The notes beneath the pieces were generated by a model. It had not been told where the DNA came from. It searched no databases and saw only the letters and a program-made list of their open reading frames with translations. From Nemertoderma westbladi (lineage: Eukaryota > Animalia > Xenacoelomorpha): a stretch of DNA of 64,000 nt. The translations under genes were made by a program, and so were the position numbers. This document shows positions 50,340-63,200 of this stretch, one piece after another (the first letter of the stretch is position 1; each line of letters begins with the position of its first letter). The DNA lies in NCBI GenBank assembly GCA_032718475.1, contig JAUCBJ010008015.1:21400-85399 (forward strand), given 5' to 3'.

Positions 50340-53300
50340 CTGTAAGGAATAAAGTAGAACTGTTACAGAAGTACAACCAGAATCCTGTAAGGAATAAAGT
50401 AGAACTGTTACAGCAGTACAACCAGAATCCTGTAAGGAATAAAGTAGAACTGTTACAGAAGGGCAACCAGAATCCTGTAAGGAATAAAGTAGAACTGTTA
50501 AGTGCAACCAGAATCCTGTAAGGAATAAAGTAGAACTGTTACAGAAGGGCAACCAGAATCCTGTAAGGAATAAAGTAGAACTGTTACAGAAGTACAACCA
50601 GAATCCTGTAAGGAATAAAGTATAACTGCTACAGCAGTACAACCAGAATCCTGTAAGGAATAAAGTAGAACTGCTACAGCAGTGCAACCAGAATCCTGTA
50701 AGGAATAAAGTATAACTGTTACAGAAGGTCAACCAGAATCCTGTAAGGAATAAAGTATAACTGCTACAGCAGTACAACCAGAATCCTGTAAGGAATAAAG
50801 TAGAACTGTTACAGAAGTACAACCAGAATCCTGTAAGGAATAAAGTAGAACTGTTACAGAAGGGCAACCAGAATCATGTAAGGAATAAAGTAGAACTGTT
50901 ACAGAAGGGCAACCAGAATCCTGTAAGGAATAAAGTAGAACTGTTACAGCAGTACAACCAGAATCCTGTAAGGAATAAAGTAGAACTGCTACAGCAGTAC
51001 AACCAGAATCCTGTAAGGAATAAAGTAGAACTGTTACAGCAGTACAACCAGAATCCTGTAAGGAATAGAGTAGAACCGTTACAGAAGGGCAACCATAATC
51101 CTGTAAGGAATAAAGTAGAACTGCTACAGCAGTGCAACCAGAATCCTGTAAGGAATAAAGTAGAACTGTTACAGCAGTACAACCAGAATCCTGTAAGGAA
51201 TAAAGTAGAACTGTTACAGCAGTACAACCAGAATCCTGTAAGGAATAGAGTAGAACCGTTACAGAAGGGCAACCATAATCCTGTAAGGAATAAAGTAGAA
51301 CTGCTACAGCAGTGCAACCAGAATCCTGTAAGGAATAAAGTAGAACTGTTACAGAAGTACAACCAGAATCCTGTAAGGAATAAAGTAGAACTGTTACAGC
51401 AGTACAACCAGAATCCTGTAAGGAATAGAGTAGAACCGTTACAGAAGGGCAACCATAATCCTGTAAGGAATAAAGTAGAACTGCTACAGCAGTGCAACCA
51501 GAATCCTGTAAGGAATAAAGTAGAACTGTTACAGCAGTACAACCAGAATCCTGTAAGGAATAAAGTAGAACTGCTACAGCAGTACAACCAGAATCCTGTA
51601 AGGAATAAAGTAGAACTGCTACAGCAGTGCAACCAGAATCCTGTAAGGAATAGAGTAGAACCGTTACAGAAGGGCAACCATAATCCTGTAAGGAATAAAG
51701 TAGAACTGCTACAGCAGTGCAACCAGAATCCTGTAAGGAATAAAGTAGAACTGTTACAGAAGTACAACCAGAATCCTGTAAGGAATAAAGTAGAACTGTT
51801 ACAGCAGTACAACCAGAATCCTGTAAGGAATAAAGTAGAACTGCTACAGCAGTACAACCAGAATCCTGTAAGGAATAAAGTAGAACTGCTACAGCAGTGC
51901 AACCAGAATCCTGTAAGGAATAAAGTAGAACTGTTACAGAAGTACAACCAGAATCCTGTAAGGAATAAAGTAGAACTGTTACAGAAGTACAACCAGAATC
52001 CTGTAAGGAATAAAGTATAACTGCTACAGCAGTACAACCAGAATCCTGTAAGGAATAAAGTAGAACTGCTACAGCAGTGCAACCAGAATCCTGTAAGGAA
52101 TAAAGTATAACTGTTACAGAAGGTCAACCAGAATCCTGTAAGGAATAAAGTATAACTGCTACAGCAGTACAACCAGAATCCTGTAAGGAATAAAGTAGAA
52201 CTGTTACAGAAGTACAACCAGAATCCTGTAAGGAATAAAGTAGAACTGTTACAGAAGGGCAACCAGAATCATGTAAGGAATAAAGTAGAACTGTTACAGA
52301 AGGGCAACCAGAATCCTGTAAGGAATAAAGTAGAACTGTTACAGCAGTACAACCAGAATCCTGTAAGGAATAAAGTAGAACTGCTACAGCAGTACAACCA
52401 GAATCCTGTAAGGAATAAAGTAGAACTGTTACAGCAGTACAACCAGAATCCTGTAAGGAATAGAGTAGAACCGTTACAGAAGGGCAACCATAATCCTGTA
52501 AGGAATAAAGTAGAACTGCTACAGCAGTGCAACCAGAATCCTGTAAGGAATAAAGTAGAACTGTTACAGCAGTGCAACCAGAATCCTGTAAGGAATAAAG
52601 TAGAACTGTTACAGAAGTACAACCAGAATCCTGTAAGGAATAGAGTAGAACCGTTACAGAAGGGCAACCATAATCCTGTAAGGAATAAAGTAGAACTGCT
52701 ACAGCAGTGCAACCAGAATCCTGTAAGGAATAAAGTAGAACTGTTACAGAAGGGCAACTAGAAACCTGTAAGGAATAAAGTAGAACTGTTACAGCAGTGC
52801 AACCAGAATACTGTAAAGAATAAAGTAGAACTGTTACAGCAGTACAACCAGAATCCTGTAAGGAATAAAGTATAACTGTTACAGAAGGGCAACCAGAATC
52901 CTGTAAGGAATAAAGTAGAACTGTTACAGAAGTACAACCAGAATCCTGTAAGGAATAAAGTAGAACTGTTACAGAAGGGCAACCAGAATCCTGTAAGGAA
53001 TAAAGTAGAACTGTTACAGAAGGGCAACCAGAATCCTGTAAGGAATAAAGTAGAACTGTCACAGAAGGGCAACCAGAATCCTGTAAGGAATAAAGTATAA
53101 CTGCTACAGCAGTGCAACCAGAATCCTGTAAGGAATAAAGTAGAACTGTTACAGAAGGGCAACCAGAATCCTGTAAGGAATAAAGTATAACTGTTACAGA
53201 AGGGCAACCAGAATCCTGTAAGGAATAAAGTAGAACTTTTACAGCAGTACAACCAGAATCCTGTAAGGAATAAAGTAGAACTGTTACAGCAGTGCAACCA

Positions 53301-56300
53301 GAATCCTGTAAGGAATAAAGTAGAACTGTTACAGAAGGGCAACCAGAATCCTGTAAGGAATAAAGTAGAACTTTTACAGCAGTACAACCAGAATCCTGTA
53401 AGGAATAAAGTAGAACTGTTACAGCAGTGCAACCAGAATCCTGTAAGGAATAAAGTATAACTGTTACAGAAGGGCAACCAGAATCCTGTAAGGAATAAAG
53501 TAGAACTGTTACAGAAGTACAACCAGAATCCTGTAAGGAATAAAGTAGAACTGTTACAGAAGGGCAACCAGAATCCTGTAAGGAATAAAGTAGAACTTTT
53601 ACAGCAGTACAACCAGAATCCTGTAAGGAATAAAGTAGAACTGTTACAGCAGTGCAACCAGAATCCTGTAAGGAATAAAGTAGAACTGCTACAGCAGTGC
53701 AACCAGAATCCTGTAAAGAATAAAGTATAACTGTTACAGAAGGGCAACCAGAATCCTGTAAGGAATAAAGTAGAATTGTTACAGAAGGGCAACCAGAATC
53801 CTGTAAGGAATAAAGTATAACTGCTACAGCAGTGCAACCAGAATCCTGTAAGGAATAAAGTAGAACTGTTACAGAAGGGCAACCAGAATCCTGTAAGGAA
53901 TAAAGTAGAACTGTTACAGAAGGGCAACCAGAATCCTGTAAGGAATAAAGTAGAACTGTTACAGAAGGTCAACCAGAATCCTGTAAGGAATAAAGTATAA
54001 CTGCTACAGCAGTGCAACCAGAATCCTGTAAGGAATAAAGTAGAACTGTTACAGAAGGGCAACCAGAATCCTGTAAGGAATAAAGTAGAACTGTTACAGA
54101 AGGGCAACCAGAATCCCGTAAGGGATAAAGTAGAACTGTTACAGCAGTGCAACCAGAATCCTGTAAGGAATAAAGTAGAACTGTTACAGAAGGGCAACCA
54201 GAATCCTGTAAGGAATAAAGTATAACTGTTACAGAAGGGCAACCAGAATCCTGTAAGGAATAAAGTAGAACTTTTACAGCAGTACAACCAGAATCCTGTA
54301 AGGAATAAAGTAGAACTGTTACAGCAGTGCAACCAGAATCCTGTAAGGAATAAAGTAGAACTGTTACGTTACAGAAGGGCAACCAGAATCCTGTAAGGAA
54401 TAAAGTAGAACTTTTACAGCAGTACAACCAGAATCCTGTAAGGAATAAAGTAGAACTGTTACAGCAGTGCAACCAGAATCCTGTAAAGAATAAAGTAGAA
54501 CTGTTACGTTACAGAAGGGCAACCAGAATCCTGTAAGGAATAAAGTAGAACTTTTACAGCAGTACAACCAGAATCCTGTAAGGAATAAAGTAGAACTGTT
54601 ACAGCAGTGCAACCAGAATCCTGTAAGGAATAAAGTAGAACTGTTACAGAAGGGCAACCAGAATCCTGTAAGAAATAAAGTAGAACTGTTACAGAAGGGC
54701 GACTAGAATCCTGTAAGGAATAAAGTAGAACTGTTACAGAAGGGCAACCAGAATCCTGTAAGAAATAAAGTAGAACTGTTACAGAAGGGCGACTAGAATC
54801 CTGTAAGGAATAAAGTATAACTGCTACAGCAGTACAACCAGAATCCTGTAAGGAATAAAGTAGAACTGCTACAGCAGTGCAACCAGAATCCTGTAAAGAA
54901 TAAAGTATAACTGTTACAGAAGGGCAACCAGAATCCTGTAAGGAATAAAGTAGAACTGCTACAGCAGTGCAACCAGAATCCTGTAAAGAATAAAGTATAA
55001 CTGTTACAGAAGGGCAACCAGAATCCTGTAAAGAATAAAGTATAACTGTTACAGAAGGTCAACCAGAATCCTGTAAGGAATAAAGTAGAACTTTTACAGC
55101 AGTACAACCAGAATCCTGTAAGGAATAAAGTAGAACTGTTACAGAAGGGCAACCAGAATCCTGTAAGGAAAAAAGTAGAACTGTTACAGAAGGGCAACCA
55201 GAATCCTGTAAGGAATAAAGTAGAACTGTTACAGCAGTACAACCAGAATCCTGTAAGGAATAAAGTAGAACTGTTACAGAAGGGCAACCAGAATCCTGTA
55301 AGGAATAAAGTAGAACTGTTACAGCAGTACAACCAGAATCCTGTAAGGAATAAAGTAGAACTGCTACAGCAGTGCAACCAGAATCCTGTAAAGAATAAAG
55401 TAGAACTGTTACGTTACAGAAGGGCAACCAGAATCCTGTAAGGAATAAAGTAGAACTGTTACAGAAGTACAACCAGAATCCTGTAAGGAATAAAGTAGAA
55501 CTGTTACAGAAGTACAACCAGAATCCTGTAAGGAATAAAGTAGAACTGTTACAGCAGTGCAACCAGAATCCTGTAAGGAATAAAGTAGAACTGTTACAGC
55601 AGTGCAACCAGAATCCTGTAAGGAATAAAGTAGAACTGTTACAGAAGGGCAACCAGAATCCTGTAAGGAATAAAATAGAATTGTTACAGAAGTACAACCA
55701 GAATCCTGTAAGGAATAAAGTAGAACTGTTACAGCAGTGCAACCAGAATCCTGTAAGGAATAAAGTAGAACTGTTACAGCAGTGCAACCAGAATCCTGTA
55801 AGGAATAAAGTAGAACTGTTACAGCAGTACAACCAGAATCCTGTAAGGAATAAAGTAGAACTGCTACAGAAGGGCAACCAGAATCCTGTAAGGAATAAAG
55901 TAGAACTGTTACAGCAGTGCAACCAGAATCCTGTAAGGAATAAAATATAATTGTTACAGAAGGGCAACCAGAATCCTGTAAGGAATAAAGTAGAACTGTT
56001 ACAGAAGGGCAACCAGAATCCTGTAAGGAATAAAGTAGAACTGTTACAGAAGGGCAACCAGAATCCTGTAAGGAATAAAGTAGAACTGTTACAGAAGGGC
56101 AACCAGAATCCTGTAAGGAATAAAGTAGAACTGTTACAGCAGTGCAACCAGATTCCTGTAAGGAATAAAGTAGAACTGTTACAGAAGGTCAACCAGAATC
56201 CTGTAAGGAATAAAGTAGAACTGTTACAAAAGGGCAACCAGAATCCTGTAAGGAATAAAGTAGAACTGTTACAGAAGGGCAACCAGAATCCTGTAAGGAA

Positions 56301-57264
56301 TAAAGTAGAACTATTACAGAAGGGCAACCAGAATCCTGTAAGGAATAAAGTAGAACTGTTACAGAAGGGCAACCAGAATCCTGTAAGGAATAAAGTAGAA
56401 CTGTTACAGCAGTACAACCAGAATCCTGTAAGGAATAAAGTAGAACTGCTACAGAAGGGCAACCAAAATCCTGTAAGGAATAAAGTAGAACTGTTACAGC
56501 AGTGCAACCAGAATCCTGTAAGGAATAAAATAGAATTGTTACAGAAGGGCAACCAGAATCCTATAAGGAATAAAGTAGAACTGTTACAGAAGTACAACCA
56601 GAATCATGTAAGGAATAAAGTAGAACTGTTACAGAAGGGCAACCAGAATCCTGTAAGGAATAAAGTAGAACTGCTACAGCAGTGCAACCAGAATCCTGTA
56701 AGGAATAAAGTAGAACTGGTACAGCAGTGCAACCAGAATCCTGTAAGGAATAATGTAGAACTGTTACAGAAGGGCAACCAGAATCCTGTAAGGAATACAG
56801 TAGAACTGCTACAGAAGGGCAACCAGAATCCTGTAAGGAATAAAGTAGAACTATTACAGCAGTACAACCAAAATCCTGTAAGGAATAAAGTAGAACTGTT
56901 ACAGCAGTACAACCAGAATCCTGTAAGGAATAAAGTAGAACTGTTACAGCAGTGCAACCAGAATCCTGTAAGGAATAAAGTAGAACTGTTACAGAAGGGC
57001 AACCAGAATCCTGTAAGGAATAAAGTAGAACTGTTACAGCAGTACAACCAGAATCCTGTAAGGAATAAAGTAGAACTGTTACAGAAGGGCAGCCAGAATC
57101 CTGTAAGGAATAAAGTAGAACTGTTACAGAAGTACAACCAGAATCCTGTAAGGAATAAAGTAGAACTGTTACAGAAGGGCAGCCAGAATCCTGTAAGGAA
57201 TAAAGTAGAACTGTTACAGAAGTACAACCAGAATCCTGTAAGGAATAAAGTAGAACTGTTACAG
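50315..57264 (-). repeat. 45-bp tandem array (~154 copies) of the 3' splice acceptor plus TM3 exon start
   Basis: Minus-strand unit TTCTACTTTATTCCTTACAG|GATTCTGGTTGCACTGCTGTAACAG; the innermost copy is the real acceptor at 50340. Confidence 0.95.
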
Positions 57265-60200
57265 TGTTAGCTTATTCAATTGCGCTAACCACCCCATAAA
57301 GTGAGCGTTAAGCAATATTGGGGAACACGAGGGTGATCAATCAACCTCGTGTCACCCCAACAAAGTGGGAAGGAGAAACCCCAAAGAACACACGCACAAT
57401 AGGGGTCAGGGGTTACACCCCTGAGAGAGAGGAGAGTAGCAGCAGCGGGGGGGAAACACCCCCACAGAGCAGAGGGTGTGAAATAGGTTATTAGCCAATG
57501 GGGGGAAAGCATCGACTGAGTAACACCACGTGGCCAACCGTGCAATATATATTACCAGTCATCATGTTATCCCATTCACTTATAGTAAGTCAGTTTAGCT
57601 AGGGTAGTACCGGAACTTTAATTACCGTCTTCCGTCTACTGCCAAAATTATATCTTATACTCTGTGTTATATCAATCTATCTTATACTATTAGACCCGAG
57701 GAACTATATACAGCGATCAATAACTCTTTTACCTTTTCACACACACACACGGCGGGGACGCGTAGATTAAAAACCGGATAAACCGGGATCCTCCGTGGAT
57801 CCCGTCACAGTAATTAAATCCAACTGCTGCCCTAGTAATAGATACCAACAGCTACCCGAAACTGACTGCCAGCCATCAAAGCGATGAGTCGAACAGGAGA
57901 GACGACACCGCCGCGGACCCCGGATGGCGATCTAACGATCCGCGAGGCCGCGATGCGACGGTACCGACCCACGACGCCGGACCCATCGACAACGGGTGAT
58001 CCGGTAATCCAAGACGAGGGGGGCCGTCTACAACCGGAGAGCAAGTCTGGAGGAGAAAGAGACGAGTCGACACACGACGGCGGCGGTCGACGTGCCGATG
58101 TCGCCGGCCAGCCACAGGCCGAGGGCGACGAACTGCCCACCGGAACACCGACGCCGGACCCGGAGAGATAGAGGAGACGTCGTCGACGAGGACGTCGGGG
58201 TCAGCGATCGACTTCGACGGGCCTACAACGCGACCTGGAAACTACTTAAAGAGACCAAAGGAGGGGCCAAGATAGACCAGGTGAAGTTGAAAAGGCGACT
58301 AGGTGAGTCGAACGAACACTTTAACTATCTAATGCGTTTTGGGCAGAGAGAACTAGCCGAGGAGAGAGCGAGAGGGGTTGCCAGCGAACTGTCTGATCTA
58401 TGGGAGTGTAGGGGTATGCAGCCTAGTGTAGTGTACATAGGGCCATACTTAGTCGATGCCCGGGGAATAAAATTAGTGGGTTGGAGGAGACCGCAGGAGG
58501 GCGAATCCGAGGTTAACCCCGAAGATTCGGTCTCGTCGGTCGGAGGAAGTTCCGGGAAGCGGGGGAGAATTAGTAGGACGGGAAGGCGGAGGGAATCCGT
58601 CACAACCGATAAGTCTGCTACATCCTCCACAAAAGAAAGACGGGTGATGGCAATAAATGTGGCGTGCCAACTCGATCTGGTGGCGCAAGACCAGAGAGAA
58701 GTAGAGAGACAGTTAGAGGAGGGGAGGGCGCTATTAGAGAAGGAAATGGAACTTGTTAGAGACCGGAGAGAGGGCCGAGAAGGCCGCGAGAAGCTTTAGG
58801 GAGTGCGAGGAAATAGGGAGGAAGGAACAAGAAGAGCGTGAGGCGAGAGAGGAGAGTGAATGTAAGGAGTGTGAGGTGAGAGAGCAGAGTGAACGTAAAG
58901 AGCGCGGGGCGGAACGTAAAGAGCGCGAGGCGGTACGAAAAGAGCACGAGGCGGAACGTAAAGAGCGTGAGGCGGAACGTAAAGAGCGTGAGGTGGCGAG
59001 GGAGGCGAGACGAATGGAGAGAGTTGCGAGAGAGATGGAATTGGCCAACCAGAGCGCGCGGGAGAATAAGGAGAGAGTGGCAGAGGGGAAGCGTGTGCGG
59101 GATGATTTACATACCCGCCTAAGGGGGCTCATTCAGTACCAAACCAGACAGAAGCGCAGACTGGAACTGGCGCAGATGGGGTTGTCAGAGAGTGACGCTG
59201 GCTCGAGTGCTTTCGAGGAGCCAAGGGTCGAGGAAACATTTATTAATACCCCACTTACAGGAACCGCACGACAGACCCGAGACTGGTGTGACCGTACGGG
59301 CGGGGGGGTAATAATAATACTACAGTAGACGACGTTAATATTAATAGTACCGTATTGGATAATTCTAACCAAACCTTTATTGCAGGAAATATTTTACCTA
59401 GTAGTAGTAATTTAAATTTAAACACAAATAATCCAAATAATGTAATTACGCAAAATAATTCAAATAATGTAATCACGCAAAATAATTCAAATAATCTTAT
59501 TTCGAACGAACAAAATAATTCCGTCTCTAGTTTGGGTGCACAAAATAATTTAACTGAGTTGGAAGATTCAATTGATCTAACCAATGGCAATACCAGTGGT
59601 GCTATTAATGTGAACGCGTCGGACGTGTATGGCCCGACAGGTGAGGGCCTGGTAGGCCACGTAGTTAGTGCGCAGGGTTGAGCCAGCCCAACGGCGGCCT
59701 GGTAGGCCACGTAGTTAGTAGGCAGGAGGTGGCGGGGTTGAGTCAACCCGATGGCAGCCTGGTAGGCCACGTAGTTAGTAGGCAGGAGGTGGCGGGGTTG
59801 AGTCAACCCGACGGCGGCCTGGTAGGCCACGTAGTTAGTAGGCAGGTGGTGGCGGGGTTGAGTCAACCCGAGAGGGGCCTGGTAGGCCAGGTAGTAGTAG
59901 AGAGAGAGGCGGGGGTGAGTATACCCAGCTGCACTAGAAACATTGTGTCGACTAAAGAGGGGTGTAGTGAAGTAAGAGGTAGCAACGTGATATGTGGCGA
60001 GTGGGGGGGGGGGGGGGGGGGGCTACAGGAGCCCCACAGCGAGAAGTTAGCGGCGCGAGGGGGGGGGGGGGCATAGAGTGCCCCACAACCGTCGACGGAT
60101 AATGCGCGGGCCGAGTTAGGTAAACCGCAACACCTGGCGACGGAGAGCAATAGGGGGATTGCGAGTATCCCCAGCGGCGTGCGATCGAGCAGAGAGAGCC

Positions 60201-63200
60201 AGGTTGACGCCGCGAGAGGGTGGATGAAGCGTCGAGCCCGATCAGAAGAGGGAAGAAGAACAGTGGAGTTTAACCGGGAGATCGACGAGAGATCTCACGA
60301 GCGGGAATACTGCACTGGAGAGAGAAGAAGAGAAGAAAGTAGAAGAAGTGTCGTCGCAAACGACAGGAGAGTGAGGAAGGATAGTGAGCCGTCGGTAGTC
60401 GAGGTGGGAACGGAGAGTCAGTGGGGTCGAACTTCGGGGGATTGCCGTCGTCCTGGAGAAACGCGACCTGGTGAGGCGCACTACGCGCCGAGAGAGGGGT
60501 ACGCGATGTACCGGTACGAGGACGAGAGCAGTAGAGGGGGTCGAAGAGAAACTTCCCGGCGGGATCTAGCTACCGATCGAGAATACGGTGGCTGCGGGGA
60601 GGATTATTCGAGAAGATTAAACTTCGATCCCGAGCGACACATACAGACTGTAGGACATACTGTAGGCCTTACTGCACATACCATAGGCCATGCTGGCAGG
60701 AATAATGTAGGCGATAGGATAGCGCGGACGACAGGATTAAACCCGGAAGTCGCGGAGTACATACCGGCAGGTAGGCCAGAAGCTGATAGGCATATACCGG
60801 TACCAGTACAGCAGTATGACTACAGCATGCAAGGACATAACATATACCCAGGGGAGGGGGGAATTATTGCGGATAGGTGCATGGGCCCCAATATATTAAC
60901 ATCAAGCCCAGTACCAAACATACCGGTGGGGGGGGGGGGGGGGGCAGGGTGACATTCCCCCATCACAGTATCAACAATATACCCCTATAGGAGCAAGAAC
61001 AACGAACCCCATGGATGAAAATAGATCATGCTACACCGAAATATGGAGGGGGCCGCTACCCCCAATGATATACCCAAGCCAAAGGAAGGCAGGAAATAGG
61101 ACGGACGGACCGCACCCAACAGGAGAAACTATACAACATCCATCGAACCCATTGGAAGCGTAGGCGATGGGGATGGCCACGTTAATCGATGCATTAAAAA
61201 CTAGGATCGAGTTACCACCCGTGGAACCGTTTAAATTCGATGGGAGTAGGCCGGAAGAATATCTACAGTTTCGGCGCATGTATAGTAACGAAATACTAAC
61301 AAAGAACTTGACGCAGGCGGAGTGCCTAAAATATCTGCAAGTATATACAGGAGGCCCAGCATACGACATCGTGAGGCAATACCAGGGCATCAAGGGTGGC
61401 TTCACAACGGCATGGCGGGCACTGGACAGGGACTACGGGCACCCGGCCAAGATCATCCGGCAAACCCTGAGAGGCATAACATCGGGTGGCCTACAGGATA
61501 ATCCCGTTAGCATTAAGACGTTCGCAAATAAGATCGAGAAGGCGCTAATCGTGCTAAAGACGCTAGACGCGCCATACGAGCTAAACGCGTCCAACAACAT
61601 CACCACGATAGCGCAGGCACTACCGATATGGCTGCGCAACAAGTGGAGAAAAATCGCTTTCTCCACTCGAGACAAGAAGGGCGCGGAACCGGGTTTAGAA
61701 GAAATGTCGAGCTTCTTGAACTACGAAGCCGAATTAATAACAGACCCAGTCTATAGTGAGGACAGCCTGGGAAAGGGACCAAGAACCGATTACCATAGAC
61801 CGAAACCAGAACACAACACGTCAAACGCATTACCAAAACTCAGGCAATCACTGCCATACGCAGCGACGCAGGGGACTGCTAGTCCACAGGTAGCCGGGGG
61901 TAAGACCACATCATGGAGCGGACAGGGGAAAAATAACAACACAAATAAACATAACCCCAGTACGCCCAGTAGGCCGAACCCAAACAATAAGAATAGTAGG
62001 GACTTTGGTACAAATGCAACTGCGATACGCAATGCACTGTATAAGGACGGCTACGACCCAAAGAGCAAATGCCAGCTACATACAAATGCGCTTCATCAGA
62101 CCATGAACTGCAGGTACTGGCAAGCGCTACCCAGGGAAGATCAGGTAGAATAGGCGGCGAGAAATGAGATCTGCTCGCGATGTGTGATGAGTGGACATAG
62201 AGATAGGCAATGCAAGGAGACGCTGATTAAGTTCGGTCAGGGCAAAGGCCAAACGATGGCAACGAGCACAGTAGGGGCGAAGAAGAGAGGAACGGTGCTA
62301 CTTGGGGTAGTACCAGTGCGAGTGATCGGGGAAGGCAATTGATCAGTGACCACACTGATGCTGGTCGACAGTGGAGCTGCCTTCACATTAGTCGAGAATT
62401 GGGTAGCTGAGGAGATAGGATTGAGGACGAGGCCAAGTAGAATGGCGGTAACAACAATCTCCAGCAAAGACGAGATCCTGGAGATGAGGACCGGACGGTG
62501 CGCGATAGCAGCAATAGCACCGGGATGCGACTATAGGGCGAGCATCGACCCCATCCAGGTGATAGAGTCAATAAACATCAACGCCAGGCGACCAACCAAC
62601 ATCGAGGTCGAGCAATATAAATTCCTGGACAGTATCGATTTCTCAATCCCAGAGGTGGACGTTAGGAAAGTATCCATCATAGTAGGAATGGACTGCCCGA
62701 CAGCCCACGAGAGAATGCAAACGGTATTCGGCGAAGACAGGCAGTGTGACCCGGTGGCGATATTAACACCATTTGGGTGGACACTGAGCGGCGCAATTAA
62801 GAGTAAGATACCATTTAGGATGTCGGAGACATCAGGATGCATGTTCGCGGGAACTATGCAAGAAATGGGAGATGAGAGAGCGGAGGAGCAGCTCAAGAGA
62901 CTGCTCAGACAGGACTTTGAGGGATTAAAGGAAACCGGGGTCAGAACCTTGGTAGAAGATAAACAGGCTCTACAGAGCGTAAAGGAGTCTATGAGGTGCG
63001 ATGAGGGGCGGTATACCATAGGGATGGTATGGAAGCTACCGCTACCCGACAATAAAGGGATGGTACTCACGAGGCTTCGTAAGCTGAAGCAGACGCTAAG
63101 GCGGAGCCCCGAAAAGAACGAGTACATTCATAAGACGATCAGGAAGTATGTCGAGAAAGGATGGGCTGTGGAGCTACCGGTCTACGAACCAAGCACGGGC

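Noticed and set aside
50874-57270. Long ORFs of 400-520 aa (FLTGFWL.., NQNPVRNKVELLQ)
   Set aside because: By-products of a 45-bp unit; only the DSGC frame next to the TM3 exon can be coding.
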